64,000 nt of DNA from Paracoccaceae bacterium (GCA_947504705.1 CANNIA010000002.1:49867-113866); one strand, 5' to 3'. Shown: positions 53,016 to 63,748, numbered from the stretch's first letter. Numbers and translations: made by a program. The notes: a model not told the origin generated them from the sequence alone.

Positions 53016-54480
53016 TGGTTTCCGAAGATCTTCTCAACATCGCGCCCATTCACCAGAACTGCCCCGGTCTCGTCCAGCGAAATCTCCCAGACCAACTCGC
53101 CCCCGGCACCCGGCTTGGCCAGCCCGCCCATCGCGCCCAGACCCATGGCCGCTGTCCCCAATTCCAGTTCCGGCGGGGCGGACTGCATCGCCGTCCGGAT
53201 CGCCTCCATTCCGGTCAGCGCGAGTCTTGCCGTAAAGGTCGGGTCCGGCTGCGCAGGCCCTGCAGTCAATGCGCCTTCATAGGTCAGCTTGTAATCGCGC
53301 CCGGTCACGGCACCGGCGTCAAGCGTGACGGTAACCGCGCCATTCGGCAACAGGCTGGCAAGCAAGGCTTCCTCGAATCCAGCCGGAGGCGGGCTGCCCA
53401 ACGGCTGGTCCAACACCTTCAGCAGGACATAGGCCGCACCGGAAGGGTCGAAGTCCGTCACAGTAAAGCCCAGCGACAGATCGATCGGGACCAGACCCTT
53501 GGCAAAATCAGGGACCAGCCCTTCGGGTGCGGTGAACCCCCTAATCTCGATACCTTCATGAAACTGCCCATCGGCGACGATGCCGGCCATGGCGATCTGG
53601 AACAGGAACTCTTCAGTGGTAAACACACCAACTGGTGTGGTGACGGACAGGTCCCTCAGACCACCGGACAGGTCAACATTGCCGAAGACTGGCAAGATCG
53701 CCTCGACTTTGGATTTCAAAGCTGGAGGGTTCGATGTGATCGCTTCGATACTGGGTTGCGCGAGGAACCATACCCATAACGCAAGGAGGTCCTCAGCCTG
53801 CAACCCTTTTATCTCGCCATCTACGGTCGTCAGAGCGATATCGGTGGTGATTGGAACAAGACCGAAATCCGGCATTGGCAACATCGTGCTGCCGGAGGAC
53901 TCTGTAATGGTGGAAGCGACGGTCAGATCGACCCCGTCGACTCCGGCTTTGCCTTCGGTCACATTAAGTTGCGTCGCATGACGCTGGGTCGTGACGATCT
54001 CGCCGAAAACAGGGTTCTGCTGGACACTTGTTGTCACAACATCCGTCGCTTCGAAGCGCTCCGAGCGTACCGTCCCCAGCGCCTCATCGAAAACACCTTC
54101 TACCTTCACCGAGCCGAAGCTGGTTTCAACCGAAGTGGGAACTTCGCCAGGAAAGCTATAAGAGACCACAATCGGCTGATGGAGCGCATAGGACCAAGTC
54201 CCATCTCCCATGTCCGTAAGGGTGACGTCCAGCGGTGTCATCCCAAAGTGGAAACCACTCGCCGCCAGCGCTTGGATCGCACCGACTGCATTCGTCAGAT
54301 CAATGGTCACTGCATAGGTTTCACCCTCGGGGTGAACTTGAACCGCACTGGTTGCTGGCCCGAGGACGGCTTGAAAGTGCTTGGCCAGTTCTTCGGCACC
54401 CGCTTGCGTGGCCGGTTCGGCGAAAAGGGTGGCCGGAAAGGCCAAAGTGACAAAGCAGGCGGCAAGTGCAAATCTGTTCA
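53012..54480 (-). CDS. secreted DUF2125-like protein
   Basis: Signal peptide MNRFALAACFVTLAFPATLFA, then a long beta-rich periplasmic protein. Start/stop overlap with the downstream GNAT gene (ATGA). Confidence 0.5.
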
Positions 54481-54534
54481 TGAAAGACCTCGAGAAAGAA
54501 GAAAGCCAGCCGTTCGGGCTGGCATCAGGGTGGT

Positions 54535-54846
54535 TCAATGCGTCCAAGCGCCCTTGCGGTCGGTGGCGAAATTCTCGCCATAGCCGCGCTGGCGGATCAG
54601 CGGCTTGCGGGGCTTTGGTTCGGCCACGTCAAACTCCAGGCCCTTTTCGGTGGCATAGGCCTCGGCGGCCTCGCGGCTGTCAAAGCGCAGGCGCACTTGG
54701 GATTGCGTGTCGCCGGACGAGGTCCAGCCCATCAGCGGGTCAACTTCACGCGTCGATGCTGGGGCGAATTCCAGCACCCATTGCTGGGTCTTGGCCGAGC
54801 CTGACTGCATGGCAGTCCTTGCGGGTTGATAGATGCGTGCACGCAT
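54535..54846 (-). CDS. ETC complex I subunit conserved-region protein (NDUFS4-like)
   Basis: [27 protein letters not shown]...[32 protein letters not shown]... Confidence 0.65.
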   Translation of the reverse strand: MRARIYQPARTAMQSGSAKTQQWVLEFAPASTREVDPLMGWTSSGDTQSQVRLRFDSREAAEAYATEKGLEFDVAEPKPRKPLIRQRGYGENFATDRKGAWTH

Positions 54847-55080
54847 GGGCGATCCTCCGGGTCCCTGTCCTTATTCCCAAGCTTTCGCCTAAGCGCAAGC
54901 GCGAGATCGTCAGGATGTCGGGGAAAAGGCTGTCGGCTGATCCGGGGGGTTGTGGGGTGTGGGGTGGATCAGCCGACAGCACAGTTGCTGCTTGCAGAGA
55001 CAGCATTGCGCATCTCGTTTCCTAAATCAACCTAAAGATGTGTTTCCTGTTGCAATTTCCCGCAAAGATAGAAACATCAG

Positions 55081-55962
55081 TTACGGGCGACGCTCTAACC
55101 GTAGGACTCGGTAGCGGTTGTAGATCTTGAAGGCCTCGGAAGTCCGACTGCCCCCGGTCAACCGCTGCATCAGGTTCCGGCGCCGTTTTTGCGACAGGAA
55201 AAGCCCGATCAGCCGGGCCAGAACCCAACGCCCGAAGGGCTGCTTTTCGCGCAGCTCATCCGAAAGACGGGTCACCCCGTGGCCAAGCACTGCATAGAAC
55301 TGCTGCTCTAGATCGATCGAGGGGGCGACGGCCTCGGTGATGTCCTCTTCTGCAGCAACCTTAAAGGCCGAACTTTCGACCGCCGCTTCGAACGCACGCT
55401 CGGAATGGCCACCGCCGGGCTGCGGACCACTGCGCTTTCTGCTTTTGAAAACCTCGGTCCGGAAGCAATCGGCAATCAGGATCTGCCCGGCAGGGCCAAG
55501 AAGGGCGGCACAGCGCGGCAGGCTTTCACGCAGGGGAATGTACTGAAAGCTTTCCGAAAAGAGGCAAAGATCATAGGGCCCGCTGCCGGTAAAGTCTTCC
55601 AGCCGGCATTCATGCACTGTCGCCTCGGGGGCATTGACCCTGCAGCGTGCAGCAAGAAAGGCCGACGGCACGACGATGTCGACCTTATGGCCAAGGGCCA
55701 AAAGCTTTCTGGCCGTCTCGCCCGCGCCACCGCCGATATCAAGGATACGAAGGGGGGCCTCGGACTGATTCACCGGCAGATAGCCGAAAATCTTTACGGT
55801 ATAGGCATCCTGCGCCGCCCGCAGGTTCCCCGCGGTGACCTCCAGCCCAGTCCAGAGCCCGTAGTGCAAATTGTCCGCCCCGGTCAGCCAGCGGATGAAG
55901 GCCAGCCCGACATCCAGCCCCACCGCGCGCGTATCGATCTTGTTTGCCGTCTTCTTCGCCAT
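55081..55962 (-). CDS. class I SAM-dependent methyltransferase
   Basis: Motif I ILDIGGGAGE. Confidence 0.7.
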   Translation of the reverse strand: MAKKTANKIDTRAVGLDVGLAFIRWLTGADNLHYGLWTGLEVTAGNLRAAQDAYTVKIFGYLPVNQSEAPLRILDIGGGAGETARKLLALGHKVDIVVPSAFLAARCRVNAPEATVHECRLEDFTGSGPYDLCLFSESFQYIPLRESLPRCAALLGPAGQILIADCFRTEVFKSRKRSGPQPGGGHSERAFEAAVESSAFKVAAEEDITEAVAPSIDLEQQFYAVLGHGVTRLSDELREKQPFGRWVLARLIGLFLSQKRRRNLMQRLTGGSRTSEAFKIYNRYRVLRLERRP

Positions 55963-56119
55963 GTCCCACCTCTGACGCTGCCTTAGCCGCTTCGGGGCGC
56001 ATCGGCAACGGTTTCACCGCTTCCTGCCGATCCCGCTTGAAACAGAACAAAAACGGATCAAATGTGCTTTTCCCCGACTCGCCCCGACTTGCCCCGACTT
56101 GCCAGGAAGGCAGTGGCCC

Positions 56120-58303
56120 ATGCCGCATAACAATTCCAACGCTGTGACCGACCGCCCCGACGTGCTGACCCGACCAAAACTGGAAGGCGGGCGAGCTTTC
56201 GTGCTCTCCACCCCGTTCCAGCCCGCAGGGGACCAGCCAACAGCCATCGCCGAACTGACCGCCGGGGTGCTGGCCGGGGAACGCGATCAGGTGCTGCTCG
56301 GCGCCACGGGGACGGGCAAAACCTTCACCATGGCCAAGGTGATCGAGCAGACCCAGCGACCGGCGATCATCTTGGCACCCAACAAAACGCTGGCCGCCCA
56401 ATTATACGGCGAATTCAAGGGCTTCTTCCCCGAAAACTCCGTCGAATACTTCGTGTCCTACTACGACTACTACCAGCCCGAAGCCTATGTCGCGCGGACC
56501 GATACCTATATCGAGAAGGAATCCCAGATCAACGAACAGATCGACCGGATGCGCCACTCGGCCACCCGGGCGCTGCTGGAGCGTGATGACGTGATCATCG
56601 TTGCCTCGGTCTCTTGCATTTACGGTATCGGGTCGGTCGAGACCTATTCGGCGATGACCCAGGACCTGATCACCGGCCAGATGTATGACCAGCGCAAGGT
56701 CATGGCCGAACTGGTGGCCCAGCAATACAAGCGGCTAGAAACCTCGTTCCAGCGCGGCGCGTTCCGGGTGCGCGGCGACAGCCTTGAGGTCTGGCCCGCT
56801 CACCTGGAAGACCGCGCCTGGCGGTTCTCCTTCTTTGGCGAAGAGTTGGAGTCGATCACCGAATTCGACCCCCTGACCGGGGCCAGGACCGACAATTTCA
56901 AGCAGATCCGGATATATGCGAACTCGCATTACGTCACCCCGCGCCCGACGCTGCAGCAGGCGATCAAGGGCATCAAGGAAGAGCTGTTCCATCGGCTGAA
57001 GCAGTTGACCGGCGAGGGTAAACTGCTGGAGGCGCAACGGTTGGAGCAGCGCTGCACCTTCGACCTTGAAATGCTCGAGGCGACCGGGGTTTGCGCCGGG
57101 ATCGAGAACTATTCCCGTTACCTGACGGGCCGCGCGCCGGGCGAACCGCCACCGACGCTGTTCGAATTCATCCCCGACAATGCCATTGTTTTTGCAGACG
57201 AATCCCACGTTTCTATCCCCCAGATCGGCGGCATGTACAAGGGCGACTTCCGCCGCAAGATGACCCTGGCCGAACACGGGTTCCGCCTGCCCAGTTGCAT
57301 GGACAACCGGCCTTTGAAGTTCGAGGAATGGAACGCGATGCGACCGCAATCCGTCTTCGTCTCGGCCACCCCGGCGGCGTGGGAGATGGAACAGACCGGC
57401 GGCGTCTTCACCGAACAGGTGATCCGCCCGACCGGCCTGATCGACCCGATGGTCGAAATCCGCCCGGTGGAAATGCAGGTCGACGATCTTCTGGACGAGA
57501 TTCGCAAGGTTGCCACCCGGGGCTTGCGGACGCTGGCCACTGTCCTGACCAAGCGGATGGCCGAGGATCTGACCGACTATCTGCACGAACAGGGCATCCG
57601 CGTGCGCTATATGCACTCGGACATCGACACCATAGAACGCATTGAAATCCTGCGCGATTTGCGGCTGGGGGCCTTTGACGTGCTGGTCGGGATCAACCTT
57701 TTGCGCGAAGGCTTGGACATCCCGGAATGCGGGCTGGTGGCGATTCTTGATGCCGACAAGGAAGGCTTCCTGCGCTCGGAAACCTCCCTCATCCAGACCA
57801 TCGGCCGCGCCGCGCGGAACAGCGAAGGCCGGGTGATCATGTATGCCAACCGGATGACCGGCTCGATGGAGCGCGCGATTGGTGAGACCAACCGACGCCG
57901 CGAAAAGCAGGTGGCCTATAACACCCTGCACGGCATCACGCCCGAAACGATCCGCAAGAACGTCGAAGATGTCCTGTTCGGCACCTGGGTCGGCGACACC
58001 GATCAGGCGCGGATCACAACCAAGGTCGACAAACCCATGGTCGGCAAGAACCTTGCCGCGCATCTGGACGCGCTGCGTCTGGCCATGCGCAAGGCCGCCG
58101 AGAACCTGGAGTTCGAAGAAGCCGCCCGCATTCGGGACGAGGTGAAACGGCTGGAAGCCGTAGAGCTTGCCGTCGCCGACGACCCCTTCGCCCGGCAAGA
58201 GGTGATCGAAGAAGCGGTGGAAGAGGCGGTCAAGATGTCAGGCCGGTCAACCGGGGGTCGGGCGGGGCAAAGGGGCGGGAAGCGGTCGAGGGGGAAGCGT
58301 TAG
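56120..58303 (+). CDS. uvrB: excinuclease ABC subunit B
   Basis: MPHNNSNAVTDRPDVL...FQPAGDQPTAIAEL..., helicase motifs and a C-terminal UVR domain. ATG at 56120 with a CAGGAAGG Shine-Dalgarno. Confidence 0.97.
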   Translation: MPHNNSNAVTDRPDVLTRPKLEGGRAFVLSTPFQPAGDQPTAIAELTAGVLAGERDQVLLGATGTGKTFTMAKVIEQTQRPAIILAPNKTLAAQLYGEFKGFFPENSVEYFVSYYDYYQPEAYVARTDTYIEKESQINEQIDRMRHSATRALLERDDVIIVASVSCIYGIGSVETYSAMTQDLITGQMYDQRKVMAELVAQQYKRLETSFQRGAFRVRGDSLEVWPAHLEDRAWRFSFFGEELESITEFDPLTGARTDNFKQIRIYANSHYVTPRPTLQQAIKGIKEELFHRLKQLTGEGKLLEAQRLEQRCTFDLEMLEATGVCAGIENYSRYLTGRAPGEPPPTLFEFIPDNAIVFADESHVSIPQIGGMYKGDFRRKMTLAEHGFRLPSCMDNRPLKFEEWNAMRPQSVFVSATPAAWEMEQTGGVFTEQVIRPTGLIDPMVEIRPVEMQVDDLLDEIRKVATRGLRTLATVLTKRMAEDLTDYLHEQGIRVRYMHSDIDTIERIEILRDLRLGAFDVLVGINLLREGLDIPECGLVAILDADKEGFLRSETSLIQTIGRAARNSEGRVIMYANRMTGSMERAIGETNRRREKQVAYNTLHGITPETIRKNVEDVLFGTWVGDTDQARITTKVDKPMVGKNLAAHLDALRLAMRKAAENLEFEEAARIRDEVKRLEAVELAVADDPFARQEVIEEAVEEAVKMSGRSTGGRAGQRGGKRSRGKR

Positions 58304-58333
58304 GAAGGCGAGCGACGCCCACCCAATGCGGCC

Positions 58334-58627
58334 CTAGACCCGCTCTGCCTCATAAGCGTCGAACTGGTCGTCAATGCCGGGACCCAACGCCCGGAATGTG
58401 ACCACCTCGCTCTCCCGCTCCTCCCAATAGCGCGGGTCGGTCAGCACGTCCTGCGGCAGGCGGTCCTTCAGAAAGACCCGGCGTTTCTGCCTTCGGACCT
58501 GCACTTCATACTGGTTTGACCGCAGCCGCGCACCGGGGCGCAGAAAGCCCTCACGCAAAGCCTCAAGCCGGTCCTGCAGCCATCGAACTTCGGTCTTGAG
58601 CCGGGCATATTCATCAACCGGATCCAT
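58334..58627 (-). CDS. hypothetical protein (97 aa)
   Basis: ORF 58334..58627 has clean codon usage and lies downstream of the NYN gene on the same strand. Confidence 0.5.
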   Translation of the reverse strand: MDPVDEYARLKTEVRWLQDRLEALREGFLRPGARLRSNQYEVQVRRQKRRVFLKDRLPQDVLTDPRYWEERESEVVTFRALGPGIDDQFDAYEAERV

Positions 58628-58692
58628 GTCGCACCTGTCTTTTCCGGAACGATTCGCTCCTTAAAGACTCGCGGGATTTGGTTGCCAAAAGG

Positions 58693-59352
58693 TTAAGAAA
58701 CGGCGGGTTTGACCAAGTCCAGACCTCTCAGGTGAACCCGGGCACCTATCATTTCGCCCCTGATCAGATAGCCCATTTTCTGGGTCCACGGATACTGCTC
58801 AGCCCAATCCCGGTAATAATCGTTGGTCACGATACGCGTATTGAAATCCTGAGCAGTTTCAATGATGAACGGGTCCGCTGGATTGTCTTTGGGCACCACA
58901 AGAATCTGATCGGCGGGCAGGCCAAGCAGACGCCCGAATTCCTTTTCCCCGACGAATTTGTCGAACAGTTTATAGCCCGCATTGGCATCGAACACGACTC
59001 CGGGATCATAGCCGCGCGACACCAGTTCATCGACGACCGCCTGCACCGATTCGATCCGCGGCGTATCGTCAAGCCAATGCATCACGTTCGAGCCGTCGAC
59101 GACGATGACATTCTTCGTCTTCCCTAGCCGGGTAGGGCGGCGCGCGGTCCCGTGTTGCTGCGTGCCATCTAAACGTCCCCGCCTGGCGGCCATCACACGC
59201 AGGATAAGAAAGGTCACCAGTAGCAGCAGGCCAAGGCCCACCAGCGCAGGCGTCGGATCCTGCGGGACCTCGGCCTTGGGAGGGGGCGGCGCATCCAAGG
59301 CTTCAAGCCATTTGGAATCGGCCACGGGAAGGAAGAACAGAGGCGTAATCAT
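58693..59352 (-). CDS. membrane-anchored NYN domain (Zc3h12a-like) ribonuclease
   Basis: MITPLFF..., single TM (ALVGLGLLLLVTFLIL), then NVIVVDGSNVMHW...VVFDANAGYK...ADPFIIETAQDFNTRIVTNDYYRDW, which resembles the Zc3h12a NYN catalytic core. Confidence 0.6.
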   Translation of the reverse strand: MITPLFFLPVADSKWLEALDAPPPPKAEVPQDPTPALVGLGLLLLVTFLILRVMAARRGRLDGTQQHGTARRPTRLGKTKNVIVVDGSNVMHWLDDTPRIESVQAVVDELVSRGYDPGVVFDANAGYKLFDKFVGEKEFGRLLGLPADQILVVPKDNPADPFIIETAQDFNTRIVTNDYYRDWAEQYPWTQKMGYLIRGEMIGARVHLRGLDLVKPAVS

Positions 59353-59482
59353 GCCCCGGAACCTAGGGCCAGAGCCTGCCGCATGGCAAGACCCCTCGAC
59401 CAGCCAATTGACAGGGATCAAGGAAGATCAGGCAAGACTCTGTCAAACATACACCCGCAACATTCATACAAGGGGGCCGCGA

Positions 59483-59656
59483 ATGCGCCTGACGATGGTT
59501 CTATACTCGATGATTGGCACCGCAATGGCCGGGACAGGCGTGATCGTTGTTCTAACCATGGGTCAAGACACGCTCTGGGCCATTCTTGAGGCGGCAGCGG
59601 CGGGGGCAGTGCTGGCGCTACCGGTCAGTTGGCTGGTCGCACGGCAAATCAGCTAG
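59483..59656 (+). CDS. small two-TM membrane protein (57 aa)
   Basis: MRLTMVLYSMIGTAMAGTGVIVVLTMGQDTLWAILEAAAAGAVLALPVSWLVARQIS, with an AAGGGGG Shine-Dalgarno. Confidence 0.45.
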   Translation: MRLTMVLYSMIGTAMAGTGVIVVLTMGQDTLWAILEAAAAGAVLALPVSWLVARQIS

Positions 59657-60428
59657 AGGCGGCGGCCTCAAGGAACACCCGCACAGTTTCCTCGAACTCA
59701 CGCGGCTTTTCGGCGTGCAGCCAGTGCCCGGCATCGGGGATCTTGGCAAAGCGGGCCTTGGGGAACAGGGTCCGGATCGTTTCGCGGTACTCGGGCAGGA
59801 CATAGCTTGATTGCCCGCCGGTCAGGAACAGGGCTGGGTGGCCAAAGACGCCTTGGGTTCCAGGCCAGCCGACGATCTTCGACATCTCGGCTTCCAGCAC
59901 CGCAAGGTTCAGCCGCCAGCGGGGCGGGTGCAATCGAAAGTCCAGCGATTGCAGGAAAAAGGCCCGAAGCGCCGGGTCTTCGACCGAAGCGGCAAGCGCG
60001 GCATCCACCTCAGCCCGCGTGGTGATCAGCGACAGATCGACCGCGGCCATCGCCCGGGCATGGCGGCTTTGGTCGTGGGAATAGGCGACCGGGGCAATGT
60101 CGGCCACCACAAGGCGCCGGATCAGGTCGGGCCTTGTCAGCGCAAGCTGCATCGCGGCCTTCCCGCCCATCGAATGGCCCAAAAGATCGACCGGAGCCCC
60201 AAGGCTTTCGATCACCTCGGCCAGATCGCCCGCCATGTCCGGGTAAGACTGCGTGTCGGCCCGCGGGCTTTCCCCATGGTTGCGCATGTCAACGGCGACC
60301 ACCTGGCGCCAGTCAGCCAAGCGGCGCGCGATGACCCCCCAATTTCGACCCGAGCCGTAAAGCCCGTGGGCAATGACAAGGGGTGGCGCTTCGACCTTGG
60401 CGGCGGGGTGGCGGATGGTGGCAAGCAT
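59649..60428 (-). CDS. alpha/beta hydrolase
   Basis: MLATIRHPAAKVEAPPLVIAHGLYGSGRNW..., nucleophile elbow GHSMGG. Confidence 0.75.
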   Translation of the reverse strand: MLATIRHPAAKVEAPPLVIAHGLYGSGRNWGVIARRLADWRQVVAVDMRNHGESPRADTQSYPDMAGDLAEVIESLGAPVDLLGHSMGGKAAMQLALTRPDLIRRLVVADIAPVAYSHDQSRHARAMAAVDLSLITTRAEVDAALAASVEDPALRAFFLQSLDFRLHPPRWRLNLAVLEAEMSKIVGWPGTQGVFGHPALFLTGGQSSYVLPEYRETIRTLFPKARFAKIPDAGHWLHAEKPREFEETVRVFLEAAASS

Positions 60429-60523
60429 GACCCCTGAATAGCTGCCACAACGCCCCAAGGCCAGAGCGGTTGAACCCGGACCCCATCGGCCTTAGGCTTC
60501 CTGTCCGGTGCAGGAGGGTGATC

Positions 60524-60895
60524 ATGAGTATGGTGGCAGTCCATCAGATGGTGGAACGTGTCTCACAGTTACTGGAAGAAAAGCATGGGCTTGGCGGTCG
60601 CGATCTTGCAGCCAAGCTGCGACGCGGGCGGCGGCTTCTGCCCCGAAAGCTTCGAACTGCGGCGGATCGGCTGGCGGCAGTGGACGAGAAGGCAAAGAAC
60701 CCCAAGCTGCGGGGTCAGATCGACATGGGCCAGGTGGCCGAGGATTACGACGCCTGCGTGCGCCACCTTTCCGCGATCGACACCGTGGCGCGGCGGCGTG
60801 GCACGCTGATGGGCATGGTGGAATCGGTCGGGATCGGAATTCTGGTCCTGGGGCTTGGTGTTACCGGGCTGGCGTGGTGGCTTGGATATCTTTAG
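60524..60895 (+). CDS. hypothetical protein with C-terminal TM (123 aa)
   Basis: MSMVAVHQMVERVSQLLEEKHGLGGRDLAAKL... Shine-Dalgarno CAGGAGGG. Confidence 0.45.
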   Translation: MSMVAVHQMVERVSQLLEEKHGLGGRDLAAKLRRGRRLLPRKLRTAADRLAAVDEKAKNPKLRGQIDMGQVAEDYDACVRHLSAIDTVARRRGTLMGMVESVGIGILVLGLGVTGLAWWLGYL

Positions 60896-61751
60896 GCCCA
60901 AGCGGCTGGGTCGAAAGGGCCCGGCGGCTGACCAAGGTCACGGTAACGAAGGCCACATAAAGCAGCAGATACCATGAGCCAAGCTTGGCAAGGCTGACTG
61001 CCTGGCCGGTCAACTGCCCCGAATACATCCAGGTGCCCGTCGCGGTGCCGACGTTTTCGGCCACCCAAAGCGCAACCGCCGCCAGAAAGGCCGCCATGGG
61101 CATTGGCATCCACCAGTGCCGATCATGGATGCGGAACCAGATCCGGGTGCGGGCGTAAAGCAGCACGGTCGCTGCGAATAGCCCTAGCCGGATGTCGGGC
61201 AGGAAGTGATGCGCGAAGAAGTTCACATACATCGCTGCAGCAAGGATCAGCGTCAGCGGGAAGGCTGGATAGGGGGCAAAGCGCATGTCGAAAATGCGGA
61301 TGACCCGCGCGATATAGCTGCCAACGGCCGCGTACATAAAGCCCGAGAACAGCGGCACGCCCATCAGCTTGAATATCCCCGGCTCGGGGTAAGCCCATGA
61401 CCCGGCAGAAACCTTGAACCATTCCATCGCAGTCCCGGTCAGGTGGAAAAGCAGGATCACCCGCGCTTCCTCCCAGGTTTCAAGCTTGGCCCAGAGGAAC
61501 ACCGCCTGCGCCGCCAGTGCGAACAGGAACAGCGCGTCATAGCGGTGCATCGGCCAGTCAGCCTGCCAGAATAGCCGGGTGGCAAGGATCGCCGCCAGCA
61601 GGAGACCGCCGAAAAGGCAGGCCCAGCCTTGCTTCAGGGCGAACAGCACGAACTCGGCAATACCGAAGGGCAACCGCGACCGGGCCCATTCGCCCATCCG
61701 GTGTTCAAGCGTGCGGGTCGGTTGGCCCGCTGCGTCAGCTCGTCCTGTCAT
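60861..61751 (-). CDS. DUF817 family membrane protein
   Basis: ATG at 61751 overlaps the stop of the upstream oxidoreductase gene (ATGA). Polytopic membrane protein. Confidence 0.55.
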   Translation of the reverse strand: MTGRADAAGQPTRTLEHRMGEWARSRLPFGIAEFVLFALKQGWACLFGGLLLAAILATRLFWQADWPMHRYDALFLFALAAQAVFLWAKLETWEEARVILLFHLTGTAMEWFKVSAGSWAYPEPGIFKLMGVPLFSGFMYAAVGSYIARVIRIFDMRFAPYPAFPLTLILAAAMYVNFFAHHFLPDIRLGLFAATVLLYARTRIWFRIHDRHWWMPMPMAAFLAAVALWVAENVGTATGTWMYSGQLTGQAVSLAKLGSWYLLLYVAFVTVTLVSRRALSTQPLGPKDIQATTPAR

Positions 61752-63748
61752 GCAAGCGCGATAACCTCGCGCCGGGGCTTCGGCAAGGGTGTCAGATGGG
61801 CGCGGGCGGCGTGGTGGGCGTCGTGGATCGCATGAGCAATCAGCCCTGGCGCGCGGGCATCGCCAATCCGGACCAGGCTTTGCAGCGCCACCCCCTGCAA
61901 GTCGCGCCAAAGCTGATCCTGCGGTTCGCGTGAGGTGACAGGGATGAAGCCCGTGCAGGGGATTTCGGTTTCCTCGCCGGTAAAGGCGCAGGACAGGACA
62001 GCGTGGCCGGGGGTCAGGCCGGTCACGATTTGGCTGGTCCGAAGGGTAACCCCTCGTTCAATAAGTCGAATTTGCAGGCGTTCCTGCTCGACCGTAAGGC
62101 CACTCCATTCGGCAACTGTGCCATTCGGGGTGACGTAGGTGACGGGATAGCCCTCGGCAGCCAGCAGATCGGCAAGGCCAGCGGCGATGTGATAGCCTTC
62201 GTCGTCATAGACCACGACCGGGCCTTTCGCCGGGCGTTGACCGGTCAGGATTTGGTCGGGTGTCAGGGTCCGTGCGTCGGTGAAGCTGGCCTCACCCCCC
62301 GGCAGGCTGCGACCCAGGCCGTTGGTCCGCCACAGACTGCCGGTTGCCACCATGACATGGGAAAGGCCGGTTTCGCGCACGTCCTCGGCGGTCATCTGGC
62401 TGCCGGGATAGAGCGTTACCTGCGGCAACCGGCTGATCTGCGACAGCCGCCAGTCGACCACTCGACCCCATTCCGAAAGCCCCGGAAGACGCGCCTCACG
62501 CAGGACCCGCCCCCCCGGTTCGTTGGCCTCGGCCAGCATCACCGGCACGCCACGTTTGCCCAGCGTCACAGCGGCTTCCAGCCCCGCAGGACCTGCGCCG
62601 ACGATCAGCACGGGGTCCGCCTGCCCGATGATCGCAGGCACGCGTTCCGGATGCCAACCTTGCCGCCATTCTTCGCCCATCGTCGGGTTCTGGGTGCAGC
62701 GGATCGGCGCGCCAAGCCCGTCATGGGCGTAGCAGATATTGCAGCCGATACATTCGCGGATGTCCTCCATCCGCCCATCGCGGATCTTGGCGGGCAGGAA
62801 GGGATCGGCAATGGAAGGCCTTGCTGCGCCTATGAAATCCAGCACGCCGCGCCGGATTTGCGACAGCATCGTTTCCGGGCTGGTGAAGCGCCCGACACTG
62901 ACCACGGGCTTGCCTGTCACGCCCCGGACATGGGCGATATGGTCCTGCAGCGGAGCCTCTTTCACGAAGCGCGACGGCCCCATTTCGGCGCCATAATCCG
63001 GGATCGTCACGTCAAAGACATCAATCACCGGGGCCAGCCGTTCCAGAAGGCGGGAGCGTTCCTCAAGCCCGGTGTTGTCTTCGTTCAGAACCTCGATCCT
63101 TGTGGCCACGGCGGCACGGTGACCCACGGCGTTACGGGTATCCTCGGCCAGAGCGAGCAGGAAATCGGCGCGGTCGTCGAAGGTGCTGCCGGGGTTCTGC
63201 ACCGGGTCAAGGAACTGCGCCAGCAGATAGGTATGGGCGGCATAAACATAGACCACATCAAACCCCGCCGCGATGGCGCGCTGGGCTGCGGCCTTGTGCA
63301 TCTGACGAAGTTCCGCCACGTCCTGGCGGTCCATCTTCTGGCTTTGCCAGGGTACGTTCTGCGACATCATGCTTTGCGGCGCCAAAGGGGAAAGCCGCGA
63401 CCAGGCGTTCGATGCCCGTGCGCCGCCGTGCCAAAGCTCCACCCCCGCCAGCGCGCCATGGGCATGGACGGCTTCAGTCATCAGGGCATGGGTCTTGATG
63501 TCGTGGTCATCCCACAGCGAGGCGTGGATTGAGGGCGTGTCGTCCGAGCTTTCGTGGATCGAACAATACTCGGTGTTGACCACACCCCAGCCGCCCTCGG
63601 CCTTGACGCCCCGCATGGTGGCCAGGGTCCGTGGATGGCGGTTGCCCATCCCCGTGCAATGCGGCACCTGCCAGAACCGGTTCGGAGCCGTGACCGGACC
63701 GATCTTCAGGGGCTGGAACAGCAGATCAAAGCGGGGGTCACGGGTCAT
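61748..63748 (-). CDS. NADH:flavin oxidoreductase (OYE-like TIM barrel) fused to FAD/NAD(P)-binding domain (2,4-dienoyl-CoA reductase / trimethylamine dehydrogenase-like)
   Basis: MTRDPRFDLLFQPLKIGPVTAPNRFWQVPH..., 4Fe-4S Cys motif CIGCNICY, dinucleotide-binding motif LIVGAGPAGLEAA. Confidence 0.85.
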   Translation of the reverse strand: MTRDPRFDLLFQPLKIGPVTAPNRFWQVPHCTGMGNRHPRTLATMRGVKAEGGWGVVNTEYCSIHESSDDTPSIHASLWDDHDIKTHALMTEAVHAHGALAGVELWHGGARASNAWSRLSPLAPQSMMSQNVPWQSQKMDRQDVAELRQMHKAAAQRAIAAGFDVVYVYAAHTYLLAQFLDPVQNPGSTFDDRADFLLALAEDTRNAVGHRAAVATRIEVLNEDNTGLEERSRLLERLAPVIDVFDVTIPDYGAEMGPSRFVKEAPLQDHIAHVRGVTGKPVVSVGRFTSPETMLSQIRRGVLDFIGAARPSIADPFLPAKIRDGRMEDIRECIGCNICYAHDGLGAPIRCTQNPTMGEEWRQGWHPERVPAIIGQADPVLIVGAGPAGLEAAVTLGKRGVPVMLAEANEPGGRVLREARLPGLSEWGRVVDWRLSQISRLPQVTLYPGSQMTAEDVRETGLSHVMVATGSLWRTNGLGRSLPGGEASFTDARTLTPDQILTGQRPAKGPVVVYDDEGYHIAAGLADLLAAEGYPVTYVTPNGTVAEWSGLTVEQERLQIRLIERGVTLRTSQIVTGLTPGHAVLSCAFTGEETEIPCTGFIPVTSREPQDQLWRDLQGVALQSLVRIGDARAPGLIAHAIHDAHHAARAHLTPLPKPRREVIALA

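Noticed and set aside
56735-58198. 487-aa minus-strand ORF
   Set aside because: It is antisense to uvrB.
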